A stretch of 64,000 nucleotides of DNA from Bugula neritina (taxonomy: Eukaryota > Animalia > Bryozoa), in assembly GCA_964035545.1 (NCBI GenBank), contig OZ037770.1:13940642-14004641 (forward strand). Direction: 5' to 3'. The stretch's first letter is position 1. Every line of letters starts with the position of its first letter. Both the position numbers and the translations under genes were made by a program. Shown here one piece after another: positions 13,494-28,609 of this stretch. The notes beneath the pieces are model-generated. The model was not told the origin of the DNA. It saw nothing but the letters and a program-made list of their open reading frames with translations, and did not search any database.

Positions 13494-16400
13494 TAATCCT
13501 TAATTTGGGTAATACTATAAATTACTCAAAATTGTTCTGTAACCATTTTTGTTTTAAGTAGTAGTTGTGACATTGTGACAATATTACCCTAACTTGTTTT
13601 AAACCATTCACGCAATATTTTGTAGGAATTAGAGTTCGAGCTGGGGTGCTGTCCCTCGTAATCAAAAAGCTTCTAAATAGACATGACATGCAAAACAAAA
13701 GTGTTGGTGAGGTACACTACATGCGTTAAAGTTGCATATTTTATTATTTGTTATATTAAGGCTCTAAAAATTTTTTTCTGCTCTTAACATATCAAAAGTA
13801 CTTGATTTTTTTTACTGTACAAAATGTAATTTAAGCACAATAAAAGAAATGCCACTAAATATACGTATATCTGTTAAAAAATCCTTTAATTTTAAATTTT
13901 ATTCAAGTCAATAAATTTTGAGAGGATTTTTAGAGTGTAATTGCAACAATTTTCAGTTGCAAACCTGACAGTTAAATGTAATATAACAAAAATTATTTCA
14001 GCTCTTTATTTATATTTATAGTCTTGCTGCTAAATTAATATCTTTTTTCAGTTGATCAATCTGTGCGCCAATGATGGAGATCGGCTCATGTGTTTGTGCA
14101 TACACGGCACGGGAGTCTCGGGAATGTTTGGCTGTGTTGGTGGAGTTATCTACTCAGTATTTTTGCTCGGACCCTGGGGCCTTCTGGGTTTCTTTATCTT
14201 TCTGCTATTTTTTCCTATTCAAGTATGTTTAATGTGTAGCAATTATAACACATTAATATTTAGGAAGGTGAACGTTGATATATAAAATGAATTACTGAGA
14301 TTACAACTTGTTGTATACCAGATGTATCCTGTTTTCAATTGTCTTGATTGGAAAATTTGTCTTGGATCCTCAATTTTCATGCCAACATAATTTTTCTAGG
14401 TGTTGTTTATAAAGAAAAGGTAATATAGTAATTAACTACATTTTTGTAAAATATTTAGCAAAAATTGTTAATATCATTGCTTGAGCATATATTTATTTTC
14501 ATTTTTCATTTGTGCTGAAACTATTATGGTGTCATCTCACTCAATTATACATGTCAAGGTAATTATAAAACTGCTCAATATTTTTTTGATAATTTATTTG
14601 ACAGATTCTTCTGGGAAGATTGACATTTCATCTTAGGTGTAAATCAAGCCCCATTACAGAAACACGAGTTCGGCTGATGAGTGAATTAGTAACTGCCATC
14701 AAACTAGTGAAGATGTATGCCTGGGACACATCTTTTGCTAAAACAATAAATGGTGAGTATGTAATTATCATAAACAGAACTAATTGGAGACACTGTGAAA
14801 TTAAATGAGTAGTGCTATATTGTTTGAAATAAAAATTCCGGCTTTACTGAAATGTAAAGTCAGAGTTTTTTAATCATGGATTATTAGTTTTAAACCCATT
14901 TAATCCTTGAGCAACTAATGAAAGCTATAAGAAACCTAGTCTATAACACTGACTACTCATGTACAGTTCATACATGAGTTAAACAGATATAATCTTGTTG
15001 CAGCTGTTTAATCGAATCGACTTAAGCAACTTAAAAATAACTGCAATATGCCGTTACAGTGCGACAGTTCTATAGCTACAGCTGTCAGAAAGTTAGCCAT
15101 AAATCTACTCAAACTGACACTGTGGGTGAACACAATACCTGCTCAAACTGAAACTCTTACTGGACATAACACCTGGTTATAATTTTTTTGCTCTCTGCTT
15201 AATGCTATTTTTATGTCAACCACAACATACCTGCATAAATTATTTTAATTTATTAACTTGAAGAATTTGTTCTACTTTCAAACTTATGGTTATACTAATT
15301 GGATTCATTCTTTGATTTCTAATGTGACCTAATTATATAAAATACTTTTAGCAAGAAAAGAACCAAAACTAATATTCATAATAAATATTCTGCAAAAGTG
15401 CTTAAGTATTGACACCTTAAGCTATTCAAAATTAGACTCATAATTGACTTTGAACAACTCAATGGGAAACAAAAAAATTTAAATGCAAGTTAAAACATAA
15501 ATTTGCTGCCGGTTATATTTGAACAAGAAGTGATGCAATTGTTAGCTATAAAACCATAATGTTGAAAAACAATTGAAACCTCCAACATACTTTTGAGGCC
15601 CTTGACTCTGAAGTTTTCTTTTGCCTTTAAATACCCCATCTCTGTTGCAATTAAGTGAAAGTTGAAAATAATAAATCAAAATAGATAAACTAATTGATGA
15701 TAAAATCTTAAATGATAAGTATTATAAGTATATGAATAAATTAAAAATCTTAAAAATAAACAATATAATATTGTCTGAATTTTGATTTACACATTTTAAT
15801 TTAAGACTTTGTACACAGATATTCGTGATGAAGAGAAAGGAGCACTGGAATGGGCCATGTGGGTGAAAAATGTCTCATTTGCTATTACTCAGTTAATTGC
15901 AATGTCTTCAGCATTTTTTACCTTCTTTGCCATGACCAGCACTGGCTATGATATTACAATCTCACAGGTTTGTAAACAACACTTTTTCCCACCACCGCTT
16001 AGTAATTCGATTAGCACTATTTTTCACTTTGTTAATTGCATATCGCAACTTATAGAACATCACGGAACATTATTAAATATTTTTCATTGTTTTAATCCTC
16101 ATATGTACCATGTTAACTATGTAGCTGCCTTTTATTAATTTGATAAAAGCTTATTAAACAAAAGTAGATTTAAATTATATAGCTAAAATTATTATTAGAT
16201 ATATTAAATAATTTAATTGTTATATGAAATCTGGTATACTATATTGTAGGCGTTTGTATTCGTTTCCTTATTAAACTCTTTAAGATTTGCTCAAACCATT
16301 ATGCCATACAGTATGAGGGCTTTAGCAGAAGGATATCATGCTTGACTCCGAGTACAGGTAAAACTTTGAGATTATAAATCATCATTTTATGTAATGATTA

Positions 16401-17774
16401 AACAAAATGTATTCTCTCCTAATTATTTTATATTTGGCTACATTAAACAGTATTTTCATCAACTTGATATTTTTAATACCTGCTTAGATTTATTATATTT
16501 CAAAAATATTTTTTTGTACCACATTTCAAAGCTGCACTAATGATTATTTGAAAACAAATTGGTTGTAAATCCTCGCTTTTAATTGTTGAATATCCAATTT
16601 ATACTATTGTCTTATATACATTTAAATTATTAGGTTAATTTTTGTTTTAAAATTGCAGATAAAAGATAAATAACATAATTTTATTTGAATTATAATTTTG
16701 TTTTTTTGTTATGTTTAGAAAATTTTGCTGGATGAGAAAAGCAAATGCATTTACCCTGACACACTGGCAAACAACAATTTTGCTGAAATGGAAAAAGCAA
16801 GCTTCGCTTGGCAAAACCTACCACAAGAAAGTGAAAATACTGCACGAGGTAATAAAATAATATGTTTGTGTTTATAAAGCTTTGATTAGACTTATTGGAC
16901 TGTTGCAATTTTTTTGTAAGAAAAAATATGTACCTCATCTAGCTCTGGTGACATACAACAAATTCTATGGCAATTCAGATTAAACATTTTCATTGCAATA
17001 ACAAAACTTCTTATTTGCCAGAAAATAATGGGCGAAAGAAGAAATCGGTGCTTTTAAGCTCTGAAAAAGAACCTTTACTTCACGAAAACAATGAAGATTT
17101 AGAAGTAAAAGTATTACCAACTCTACATGACATAACACTGAAAGTAAAGACGGGAATGACGCTGGGTGTGTGTGGGTCTGTGGGAAGTGGTAAAACATCA
17201 ATTTTACAGGCTCTACTTGGCATGGTTAGTTTGATAGCAAATAATTGTTAAATTGTGTGATTTATTGTTGGGCACTTTAAAAGTTTAAAGCAATATAAAT
17301 TTGCAATTTATTATTAAAATATATATTTTACTATACCTCGTTTAAAGTAAATATAGCACAAAAAATATAATATGAATGTAAAATATTAAAACTAGATTTC
17401 AGTTGCAACGTTTAATAACTTAATGAACAATAAATGTTGCTGCTAAAATACTTTTAGCCACAGTTCTAAGTTATATTTTTTTAGATGGAGTTGAAGAGGG
17501 GCGCTCTTCGTCTCAACCCGTCTAAGAATATAGGCTATGTACCACAGCAGGCGTGGATTCTAAATGCAACTGCAAAAGACAATATTATATTTGAGAATCC
17601 GTATAACGAAATATGGTAAATTATTACAGCAAAATATTTGTTGCCAATTTTATTTAAAAAGCTGAGGAAGAAACAATGTCATTTATAATTTAAGTTATTT
17701 TTACTACTATAATATTTAGATTTATTAGAAAAATAATACAACTATATGTATGTAGCAATAGAGCATATATTTAA

Positions 17775-17948
<174 letters not shown>

Positions 17949-18440
17949 TAAATTAGAATATAATTTATATGTTATAATAATTTAATTTATTATTATGTAA
18001 TAATATTTATTTGCATGCCAACAAAAGCTTTGCAAATATATTTAGAATAATATATGAAAATAAAACTCTATATAAAAATATAAATTGTAACACATGCAAA
18101 TACAAAATTGCAACTAGTACTAATAAGGGCTATATTGAAATTACAAATTACACTAATTTACACCTACTATATACTTACTTTATTTATTTGCCCTTCTGAT
18201 TAAATCTTTGACCTTTAGGATAAATATTTAACAATATAATAATAATCATGTAATAATGATTAAACATACTATAATACTAAATTTTTGTCTATAATATTTT
18301 AGCTGTGAAATTGTGTTTCTTGTAATTGATGCTTTTTTAGGCCTTCACTTATTTGCACAATGCTTACAACAAACTAATTTATAATCTTTATTTTTTTATT
18401 TAAAATATGTGTGATTGATGCTTTATTTACATAAAACATT

Positions 18441-18519
18441 TGCCTCTACTGGGATTTGAATCTGAGATATCCGGCTTACAAACGGGCACTCTAACTATTA
18501 CACCACATGCAGGGACTAC
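18441..18519 (-). repeat. tRNA-like repeat, family 2
   Basis: Reverse complement TGGTGTAATAGTTAG (A box) ... GATTCAAATCCCAGTAGAGGCA (B box-like). Confidence 0.65.
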
Positions 18520-19535
18520 TCGATAAACTCAATACCACAATTAATTCACCTCTTTTGAAAACTTATAAGCGCAAGAGAAGAAAACTCACATAAACTATTT
18601 TCAGCCTTGCAGACGTAGTGTTGCTAGATGACCCTCTGTCAGCAGTTGACGCACAAGTTGGACAGCATATGATGACTCATTGTATCAAAGGATTACTCAA
18701 GAATAAAACTGTGGTCTTTGTAACTCATCAGTTGCAGGTATGTTTTGATGAGATATCACCATGGCAACCAAAATAAACATCTTTTTGTATAGCAAAGTAT
18801 TTATTAAAAAGTTACAGTAAATTTAACATTTATTATCAGATTGATTCGATTCAATTACTTTACACGTCATTTTAATATAAAAATATAGCAATCACAAATT
18901 AAAATGTAGAAAAGACTTTAAGGTATTGACAAAAAACTATATTAGATATACTATAATAGTACTTCCCAAGAAAAATAAGAGAGAAATCTTAAGATTGTAT
19001 ATTGTGAACATCCTGAAAAGTTCTTAAAATAACTTTTTATAAGAAAATTGCTGCTCTAATGGAAAAATATACCCATGAAGCTTTGATGATAAATTGCAGT
19101 TTTATTTTTATTGTCAATAATGCCATATAGTCTTTGTGATGGCAATTATAAGGACAGCTTGCAGCCATATAATAATTCATAAAACAAGCCATTAGGGTTG
19201 GTATACAAAACAACACTAAAAACAATTTACGAAGCAAAGTTATGCAATCATATATCCTTTTAGCAACTAGCTGGTGTTTTTCATAATTTTTTTACTGTAT
19301 GCTGAATAGAAACTAGACTAGATAGTTTGTTTGCTCAATATACAATTAAATCTTGTACTTTTATACATCATAACCCTTTTACATAATCTACCTTATTCTC
19401 ACAATGTCATATGTTTGAATAATTTCATACTTTCACATAATATCCCATGTTGCATTATATAATGTCATATATGTCATGCAATTCACATGTTCATAAAGTG
19501 TCACATGTCATTTACAATTTTTACACACAGGTGCC

Positions 19536-19579
19536 CACACACACACACACACACACACGCGCACACACGCGCACACACA
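19536..19579. repeat. (CA)n/(CG) microsatellite
   Basis: Directly visible. Confidence 0.9.
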
Positions 19580-22410
19580 TAATACGACTTAAGCGAGTTA
19601 GCACTGAATTTACAAACAATCAGCCAATCAAAATTGCTCTATATTTTTTACAGTTTCTAAGCGAGTGTGACTCTATAATAGTGATGAAAGATGGACACAT
19701 AGTTGAAGAAGGGACACATCAAACTCTGCTTGAGAATGAACATGGAGAATATGCTAATTTGAGACAATCTCTCGAAACCTCTACAGATGACATCCTAACC
19801 GATTGTGATTATCAAACTAGTGAGAATAAACTTATAGCTATTATGATTATAATACATTAATATTAAAAGTTCAAGCTTATTGACATTAGTAGTAGAGGAG
19901 AAACTGATGGGATAACTCTTAAATTGGACAGATTTTTATATATGACCAAAATTATTATTTTCACTACTTGCATATGTAACTTAAATTGTTAGATAAAAAT
20001 TAATTGTTTGGTACTAAAATAATTTTAAATTACCATTATGACAAATAACTTTCAGGAAAATATTAACACAAAATTTTTTTCAGCTCATCCAAAAAATTGA
20101 AGTCAACTGAAATAAAAAAAGCTTTGCAAATGAGTAGTTTTCTAGTACCAATCATGCACTGATATTAAATGGCATAGCTAGCATTATCAAAGCTTTTAGC
20201 TAAGATTGAGTTTAGAGACAGCGTCTAGCAAAAATAAATTGGCATTAGTAAAGCCACATGATGCAAGAATAAAACGCAATTCAGCTGCAAAAATATATTT
20301 AGTAATAGCCTTGCTAATCAAACTATTAGGTTTTGTTTTAAACAAGACTCATAAAAATATTTGCCTTCCTATTTTTGATGATTATGGAAATTTCTTAAAT
20401 CTGATGTCGTAATTGTTTAAGCTTTATTCTTTATGAATAGTTTAAAATTCAGCTGTTGAAAATGTTTATTCTTTCAATAATTTAGATAAAGATTTTCATA
20501 TCCAAAATCACTTAATGAAAAGAAGTAACTCCAAGGTTGGTAAAAGTTTATATTTCTAAAATATACAATTATGCTTTGAAAAGACTGACAAAAAATTTTT
20601 TTTTGCATTTATGACAAGCAGGGAACTGATTTGTTTTGATTAAAACTGTTACTGAAAAAACTTTATAAATTTATGATAAAAGTTTGTAGATGGAGAGGAA
20701 AAAGCTCAGAAAATAACTTTAAACAAAGGTAATTACCCAACTTTGACTTTACTCATCATTTCTAGTTTTGCACCCACTCTAGCCTTTGTTTGGTGAGACA
20801 GCTTTGTAATTTAAAAGTTTAAAGGATAAGAATATGTAAACTTCAACTAGCACACATCAACCTAAACTGTTGACAACTATTTTTAAGCTTCTGTACTACC
20901 TTAATTTATTTTGTTATTGCTCATGTAAAAGTCAGTTCAGAGATTAGGCTTATATTTTTGAAAGTTCCACATTTATATAAAGACAAAAAAGATCTCTGAG
21001 GCTGTACAGCTGCAAACAACTTAAAACATTGCAGATGGTAAACTGACAAAAGAAGAGAAACTAGAAGAGGGAGAAGTGAGTCTAAAGATATACAGAGACT
21101 ATATAAACGCAGGAGGAGGATTCTGTGTGTTTCTAATAGTCATATTTTTAGTTGTACTGGCCATGACTACTCAGGCTTTCTCTAACTACTGGCTATCTAT
21201 TTGGTTGAGTGCTGGATCTGGGGTGAGTCAAACGTTCTATATATAGCTAGTATTCTCAAACTCATGTGAAACTGTTCGTTGGTTTTAAATTAGCACAATA
21301 TTTTCATGATTAGTTTAGTGGGAATGCAACTAATGAAACAATTCAGACTCAGAAGTGATTATAAAGATAGGTCCATTGTCTGCTAATTGCTAATTAAAAA
21401 TTGATAATATCTTTCATAGTTTTAAGATCAGTAGCTGCAGCTATCATGTCAGTTATTTTAAAAAGTTGCTTTTTCTGGTTGTTTTAAAATAATTTTTTTA
21501 AACTTTTGCTTTTACATAAAAAAATTAATTGCATATAAAAATGCTATCAAGTTAAAATACCCGAGGTTAGGTAATTATAAAAGCAATTAAAATAAGTTTA
21601 TTATGAAAAAAGTTTTATCGTAAAAAAACAACCAACTATTTATAACACATTTTAGGGTATGCTTTTGAATGAATCAGTCTCCATAAATGGCACAGAACAG
21701 ATGATAGAACTCCTCTCTAAAAGTATCCTCGACAACCCCAACCTTGGGTTCTACCAGTTGGTTTATGGAGTCAGTTTGATAATAATCATCATCATAGTCA
21801 TCATTAAATCACAGATCTATGTCAGGGTAAAAAAAACAATATTCGGTTTTTGAAAGTTATTTTGTTTTATGCCTTTGATGTATTTAAATGAATTTTGATC
21901 ATATTTTCCATATATGTGGATCCTTGCATTACTCATAGAAATGTGGTTAACAGGTCTCGCTTAAAGCTGCATCTAATCTTCACAACAACTTGTTTTCTAA
22001 AGTAGTTCGAGCTCCAATGAGGTTCTTTGATGAGACACCATCTGGACAGATTCTCAACAGATTCTCCAGAGATATGGATATTGGTGAGAAACAAGAATAT
22101 GATAAACTACTCAAGAACCATGCCAATAGCTATCCTAAACACTACATGTGTGCTATAGCAGAAAAAATCTATCTAAAACTTAAGCAAGTAATACATATTC
22201 TTTGTTTCAGTTGATACAGTCCTTCCACTAGACTCAGAACTGTTTCTCAATGAGCTCTGTACTCTTCTGTTAATACTTGGAATTATTGGATCCGTGTTTC
22301 CCTACTTTCTTCTGTGTATGCTACCAGTAGCTGTGGTCTTTGTACTGGGTTCAAGGTTCAGTCAGCTGGCTATTAGATCTACTAAGAGGTATTATATATT
22401 CTGTGTGTTA

Positions 22411-22444
22411 TAGTAGTAGCAGTAGTAGCAGCAGCAGCAGTAGT

Positions 22445-22541
<97 letters not shown>

Positions 22542-22600
22542 CAGCAAAGGTGTGCATGTTTGAGTTTGTGTTTGTGTTTGTGTTTGTGTTTGTGTTTGTG
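22411..22600. repeat. Intronic (TAG/CAG)n tract followed by (TTTGTG)n
   Basis: Directly visible; lies between exons ending at 22388 and starting at 22789. Confidence 0.95.
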
Positions 22601-24847
22601 CTTATGTTCATGTCAACACATATAGCTCATTGGCTAAAAGCAAATTGTTGGCAGTTTATTTTAGGTGTTCGCCTGGTTGAGTTTACTATCCTTGAATAAA
22701 TTTTATCTTACACGTCTATAAGGTTGCTCCATTAATGAGTGTAGATATAAAAAGTGACCAGGAAATATACAATCTATATTGTTTACAGAGTAGAGAATAT
22801 CACCAGATCCCCCCTATTCAGTCATATTGCTGTGACTATCCAAGGACTGGATTCTATCAAGGCCTACAGAAATGAAAACCATTTTTTACGCCTGTAAGTT
22901 TAATGTTATTTATTTCAATAAACAACAGCAAGACTTTAAACCAAATATAATGCTGAAAACAATTTTTTAAACTTATGGCACTTATATTGAATTACCTTCA
23001 GTCAGTTTATAATTTTTGTTTCATCAAAGTTTAGAAAACATACCCACAAAAAATTAATTGACTATTGTCAAAGCTTTGGTATTTCTTTAAGTTATATTTT
23101 TAAAACTTCATCTCTAAAATAACTCTAGAAATAATTAGGAAAGTATGAAAATTTTTATAATTGCAGAAAAACATTTACCAAAACAATAGTTGCGAACAAG
23201 TGTCATTTAAACATGAAAATTGTTTTCCAAACATTGCGCAAAAACTCCAGCAAAATATGTTGAAAAAAGTAATACTAAAATATTTCATAGTGTGCCTTTT
23301 TCTTGGATAATTAAACGTAGTACTCCGATATAAACATCTATAATCATGTATATTTATTCTATTTGAGTGCTTTTACCAGCAAGTACTAAAGAGCTGTTTG
23401 CATTGGGAGTGTATCTAATCTGCTGCAATGTGATATAGCTTTTTAAAAACTACAACTTTTACTGCTTAGAAAGAAATTTTATAACTAATTTTACTCAGGT
23501 TTAATGACCTTCAAGACTGCAACAACATGGCCATGTTTCTATTTCAAACATCTATTCGCTGGACAGCCTGTTGGTTGGAAGTGTTAACCATCAGTGTCCT
23601 GATAGGGACTTGTCTTTTTGTTATCTATGTCCCCAGTGATGTAGTGAGTCCATCATTAGCAGCTTTAGCACTCTCTTATGCTCTTAATGTAAGTCTAAAC
23701 TATAAATAGTATTTTTTTTAATTTCAGTTGCATAACTATGGCCCTGAAAAACAACATTTAAATAAATTTATTATGTATGGGCACAGGGTATAGTCTATAC
23801 AGTGTATTGTAATGTATTGAAAACTATCTGAAAATAAGATGACTGTGCCCAATGTTTATTTGAAGATAAAAAAAAAATTTTTTTTTTCTGTATGCAAATG
23901 TAATTTTTTAAGAAGTGAAATTAACAACCCATTCATATTAAGTTTCGATGATACATTAGCATAACCTGTGTCTGTCTTTTTTACTTCATGGCTTAGCTAG
24001 CAATATGAATATGACAAACTATAATATTATTCAGATGACAGGGATATTCCAGTACACTCTCAGATTCTGGTTGGAAACTGAGGCTAAATTTACTTCTGTT
24101 GAGAGAATCCAGGGCTACGTTAATGTAAGTAGAATGTAACCTTGTAACCAATATAATTTAAAAATGCATCAAATCAGCTTCCAAGTATAAAAGTGTTCAT
24201 AAATTATATTTTAATTCGTGTAATTCAACTGAATATGTATTCCTGTACATTCCTAGTAAACAGCATTTCCCCATGAATAAAAATTACTAAAAATATATCA
24301 GAATGTGATCTAAAAACTCTATAGTATAATACATATGTGGGCAAAAATTTTTTTCTTTTTGTTTTGAATATTGTAAACATTAAATATTTTTTACAGGGGC
24401 TGGCGTCTGAAGCCCCGCCTATAATTGAGGGAAGACAACCCAAAGCTGATTGGCCAGAAGAAGGAGCTATCAAGTTTGAGAATGTAGATGTGAGATACAG
24501 AGAAGGTCTACCTCTTGTACTAAAGAACATATCATTAGATATAAAATCACAGGAAAAGATAGGAATTGTGGGTAGAACTGGTTCAGGTAGGTAGAATATT
24601 GCAATAAGGAAATTTTGTTATAATACAGTATTTGCAACCAGGTTACACTGAAATATGGCCAGATTTAAACAAATTCAGTAGTTATAATACCATCAGTTTC
24701 TAAATATTGGCCAAACTAACCTTGAATGAATTTTAATTATAACAATTTTGCAACAAGTATAGACAATCTACTGATAGTAACCATTTTAAGCATCAGTTGC
24801 ACAACTGCAAATTATTTGAAAAAACATTGCTTAGTTAAAGCCTCAAT

Positions 24848-25012
24848 CCTTGTCAGAACCCCCACTCCCTGATAGGAGGCATTTTTAAGTTGGCTAAGAA
24901 CGAGTATAACACAAGCAAGAGCCTTCCTGATGTCAGTGCTGAGCGAGAATCAAACGCATGACTCATTGCGTACCATACACCAGGCCATCGCTCTTATAAT
25001 AGACCATGACAG
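24848..25012 (-). mobile_element. Diverged tRNA-derived SINE related to family 1
   Basis: Reverse complement has a tRNA-like head and a TGACATCAGGAAGGC core resembling family 1. Confidence 0.5.
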
Positions 25013-28000
25013 CTCCATTATGCTAATTATGCATTTACTCTTCTGCGAGTAATATTTTTAGCAGAACATGTATAACTTTGTGCTAACTTCAAAATTCATT
25101 TGATGGTGAAACATTCCTATTCTCAATTTTACTTCTACAAAACATGAGTCATGATTTCTTAGGTAAATCCTCATTGGCCATGGCATTGTTTCGGATGATG
25201 GAATTGGATGGTGGGAGTATTTCAATAGATGATATAGATATTAGCACCATTGGACTAGAAAGCCTTAGATCTAAATTATCTATAATACCCCAGGACCCAG
25301 TGCTATTTGTGGGTACAGTGAGGTAAATCAATCTCCTGTATGTTAAGATCTGTACTAAAATATAGTGGTAAATGTTAAAAGCTAAACTTTCATTTTATTA
25401 CAGTGAGTTTAGAAGAAAGTTAATAGATATAGTAGTTTTTCTCTACTTATAGATTCTATTTACCATGTTAGTTCTAATTGGGTTTAGATCTATACAGCTT
25501 TGCCTTACTTTCAATGGGATTGTTGTTTTTACATATTTATCCTTGCATATATTTTTAGATATAACTTAGACCCGTTCAATGGTTATACCGATGGAAATAT
25601 ATGGTCGGCCCTTGGGAAATGCCACATGAAACAGACTGTATTGGAATTAGAAGGACAACTAGATGCTCTAGTTGTGGAAAATGGAGAAAACTTTTCTGTA
25701 GGGGAAAGACAACTCCTGTGTATGGCAAGAGCATTACTGAGACATAGTAAAATATTAGTCTTGGATGAAGCCACAGCAGGTAACTGCACCGACTGTTGAA
25801 AGATTTTTTCAAGATTGTAGGAATAAATAAACCTGATACTATATTTTGAATGCATTCTTTTAACGAATTTTTTTAATGTACTATATATTATGTAGCATCT
25901 ATACTCTTTAATAGGAACAACTTTACATAACGCTGTTGATAATTTTTGTATTTGAAATGGCAGTATATAGTTGATATGTTATGTTGCCAAATACATGAAA
26001 TTTCAATTTAATTACATTCCTGATTATTCAAATGCTGTACAGTTTTATTGTTGTATGTTACTAGCTATAGATACAGAGACAGACTCTTTAGTACAAGAGA
26101 CAATAAAAGAAGCATTTTCAGACTGTACTATGCTGACAATAGCTCATAGACTCAACACTGTAGCTAATTGTGATAGAATACTCGTACTGCATGATGGGCA
26201 GGTAAGTGGAGTTATTATGATTGTAAATATACTACTAAAATCTATTTCTGCGAATACATATTATTTAATTGCATAAGAATGTCTTATAAGTTGCATCAGA
26301 TTATAAGAACTAATGTTTTATTTTATTTTTTCTGCAGATAGTAGAATTTGATAGTCCAGCCAATCTTTTAGCCAATGAGATGTCTACATTCTCTCAAATG
26401 CTGAGGCTACAAAAATCTCAAGCTGAAGAAAATTCTTAGAGCTCAGGGAGGACAACTTCTTATATTCAATGGCCTTAATTGTGTGCAGAGGTTCAGCTTA
26501 CTAATTATTTAATTATTTAATTTGTTCTTTTAATACTCCATGCTATAAATTATGATTATAATCCTTGCCACAAACTATAATCATGTCAGAAGACATCATT
26601 GCATCTTTTTTTCTGTACCTTCAGGTTATTAATTTCATGAGACAAATTTAGGACCTGCCTCTCCGGAAATGAATAAAACTATGAATTTTGTATATGTTTA
26701 AAATATCCATTAGATAACATTGTAAAAAAACAATCATAAGAACAATAAAATATTATAATAACTAAACCAAAAAAAAAAAAAATCCTAGCAATCCTTTGAA
26801 CTCTTTCTGTATATAATATATTGGCAACAAAAATTTATAAGCCTTTTACACATAGATTTGTGTAGCTTTAAAGATAAAACGATTCCAAGAAAGTTCTTTC
26901 AAACTCAATTTGTGCAACTCAAAATAAGTTCTCTAATTTCAACAATATTTCCTTCAAGTATAATTTGCGTGACTTCAAAATAAATTTCGTAATTCAGTAG
27001 TACTCGTAGCTTCTTCAAGTGTAATTTATACAGCAACAAAACAGGTGAAAAACTGAATACACCACTCTTAACAGAAGAAGAGAAAAAAATTGATCAAGTT
27101 ACTCACTGTAAGATTTTTCAGTTCAAAAGAAAGTTGTATGTTAATATAACGATTTAATTTAACTATTTAATATAAATTGTGTCACACTATAATTCTTCCA
27201 ATCGCCGACCATCGCCAACTCTTTCAGCCGCCGCTAATAATCGACAAACTTCTAATAGCTGACCGATCGCTAACTACTGTTGCTGCCTCTGTGCTGGCGT
27301 TTTTAGTCAATATCTTTGACAAAGTTTTGGGTTCCCGTGGTATTAGCAATGACTCTAATTTGATTGATCAACCAAGTAAGTTGCTGGTGTTTGTTATGTA
27401 TGTTACAACTGAAACTAATGTTAACTGATAATACTTTCAATAACGAGTTAGAACATTTGCAATAAGCAACTGCATTTATTCTCATAGATATACAGGAAGT
27501 GGTTTTGCAAATGATAAAGCTTGAAAACACAATATAGTAAAGTATTGATAATCCAAACAATAACACAAATTCGAAACAGCTGGTTGACTCGTAGCTTTCA
27601 GTTTTGAAGAAATTAAAAGAGTCGGTGACGTGAACTTGTTGACCTCAATCAAATAAGCAAGTTGCTGGTTGGCCCGCAGCTTCAGATTAAACAATGTACT
27701 AGGAAAGAAGTTGTTGATGAGAACTTCTTGGCTTTGATCATATGAGGATCTTTAAGGTTCATCAGTTATACCAGCATTAATTGTACCATAACCCATATAG
27801 TCTATAATATAATATATTATAGACTATAGCATATTATGCTTTATGACAATTATATAATAGATAGTAATATGTATTATAGTTGTTGTTTACGTGTTGACCT
27901 TAGTAAATATTAAATTTTATAAGTGAATCAACTTTGAAGTTATGTAATTTTAAGCCTCGTTTGAGTTTATCGCGAAATTTGCTAACAAATTTTGCATAAC

Positions 28001-28531
28001 TTTCAATTTCATTATTAAAAATTTACACTTGATTTTGGCCTTAAATAAACTGGGTATTATAATTTTAAGAGTATTTTCTTCCATAAAAAGCTTCTTAAAG
28101 TGACGAGAACATTGATTCTAGCTAAAATCAGTCATTTTAGTTTGACCTCTCAAAACCGCCATTTTAAAATTGAAAATCCAAAATGATAAAATTAATTTAC
28201 AATATGATTCAAAATAAAGTGACTTTAACATTTTTGTCTATTTAGATGTTCCTCTAAATGTAATCTGAGTAAAATAAACTGGCTCTCTGTAATTTGACAG
28301 CAGTTTCTTGCATTTGAAAGTAGCGTTAAAATTTACCGACAGTTTTGAAATTTAGGGATTAAATTGAAAAGCAACTAGCTGGCTTGGTAGCTATTAATTT
28401 AATCAAATCTAATGGCTATAATTATCCTAAAATTACTAAGCTGGACTATCAACATCAATTACAAAAATTTTTAGGCTTTTCAGTTGAAAACTTGAAGTTT
28501 AAAGTAAGCGCTATCGTTTATTTACCTAAAA

Positions 28532-28609
28532 GACCATATATGGTCCATTGATCTGTGGATAGTGTCGCTTTGAGGGACATATATGGTCCATTGATCGCGT
28601 AAGGGTTAA
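28532..28609. mobile_element. piggyBac-like terminus (single end)
   Basis: Ends ...AAGGG|TTAA (28606-28609); 19-bp subterminal direct repeat CATATATGGTCCATTGATC at 28535-28553 and 28578-28596. Partner end not found. Confidence 0.45.

Noticed and set aside
22340-22699. Poly-Ser / poly-Leu ORFs
   Set aside because: Translations of an intronic (CAG)n and (TTTGTG)n tract; the real exon ends at 22388.
26552-26584. SECIS candidate ATGATTATA...TATAATCAT in the 3' UTR of copy A
   Set aside because: The ATGA is Watson-Crick paired with TCAT rather than forming the GA/GA quartet, and the apical AA spacing does not fit.
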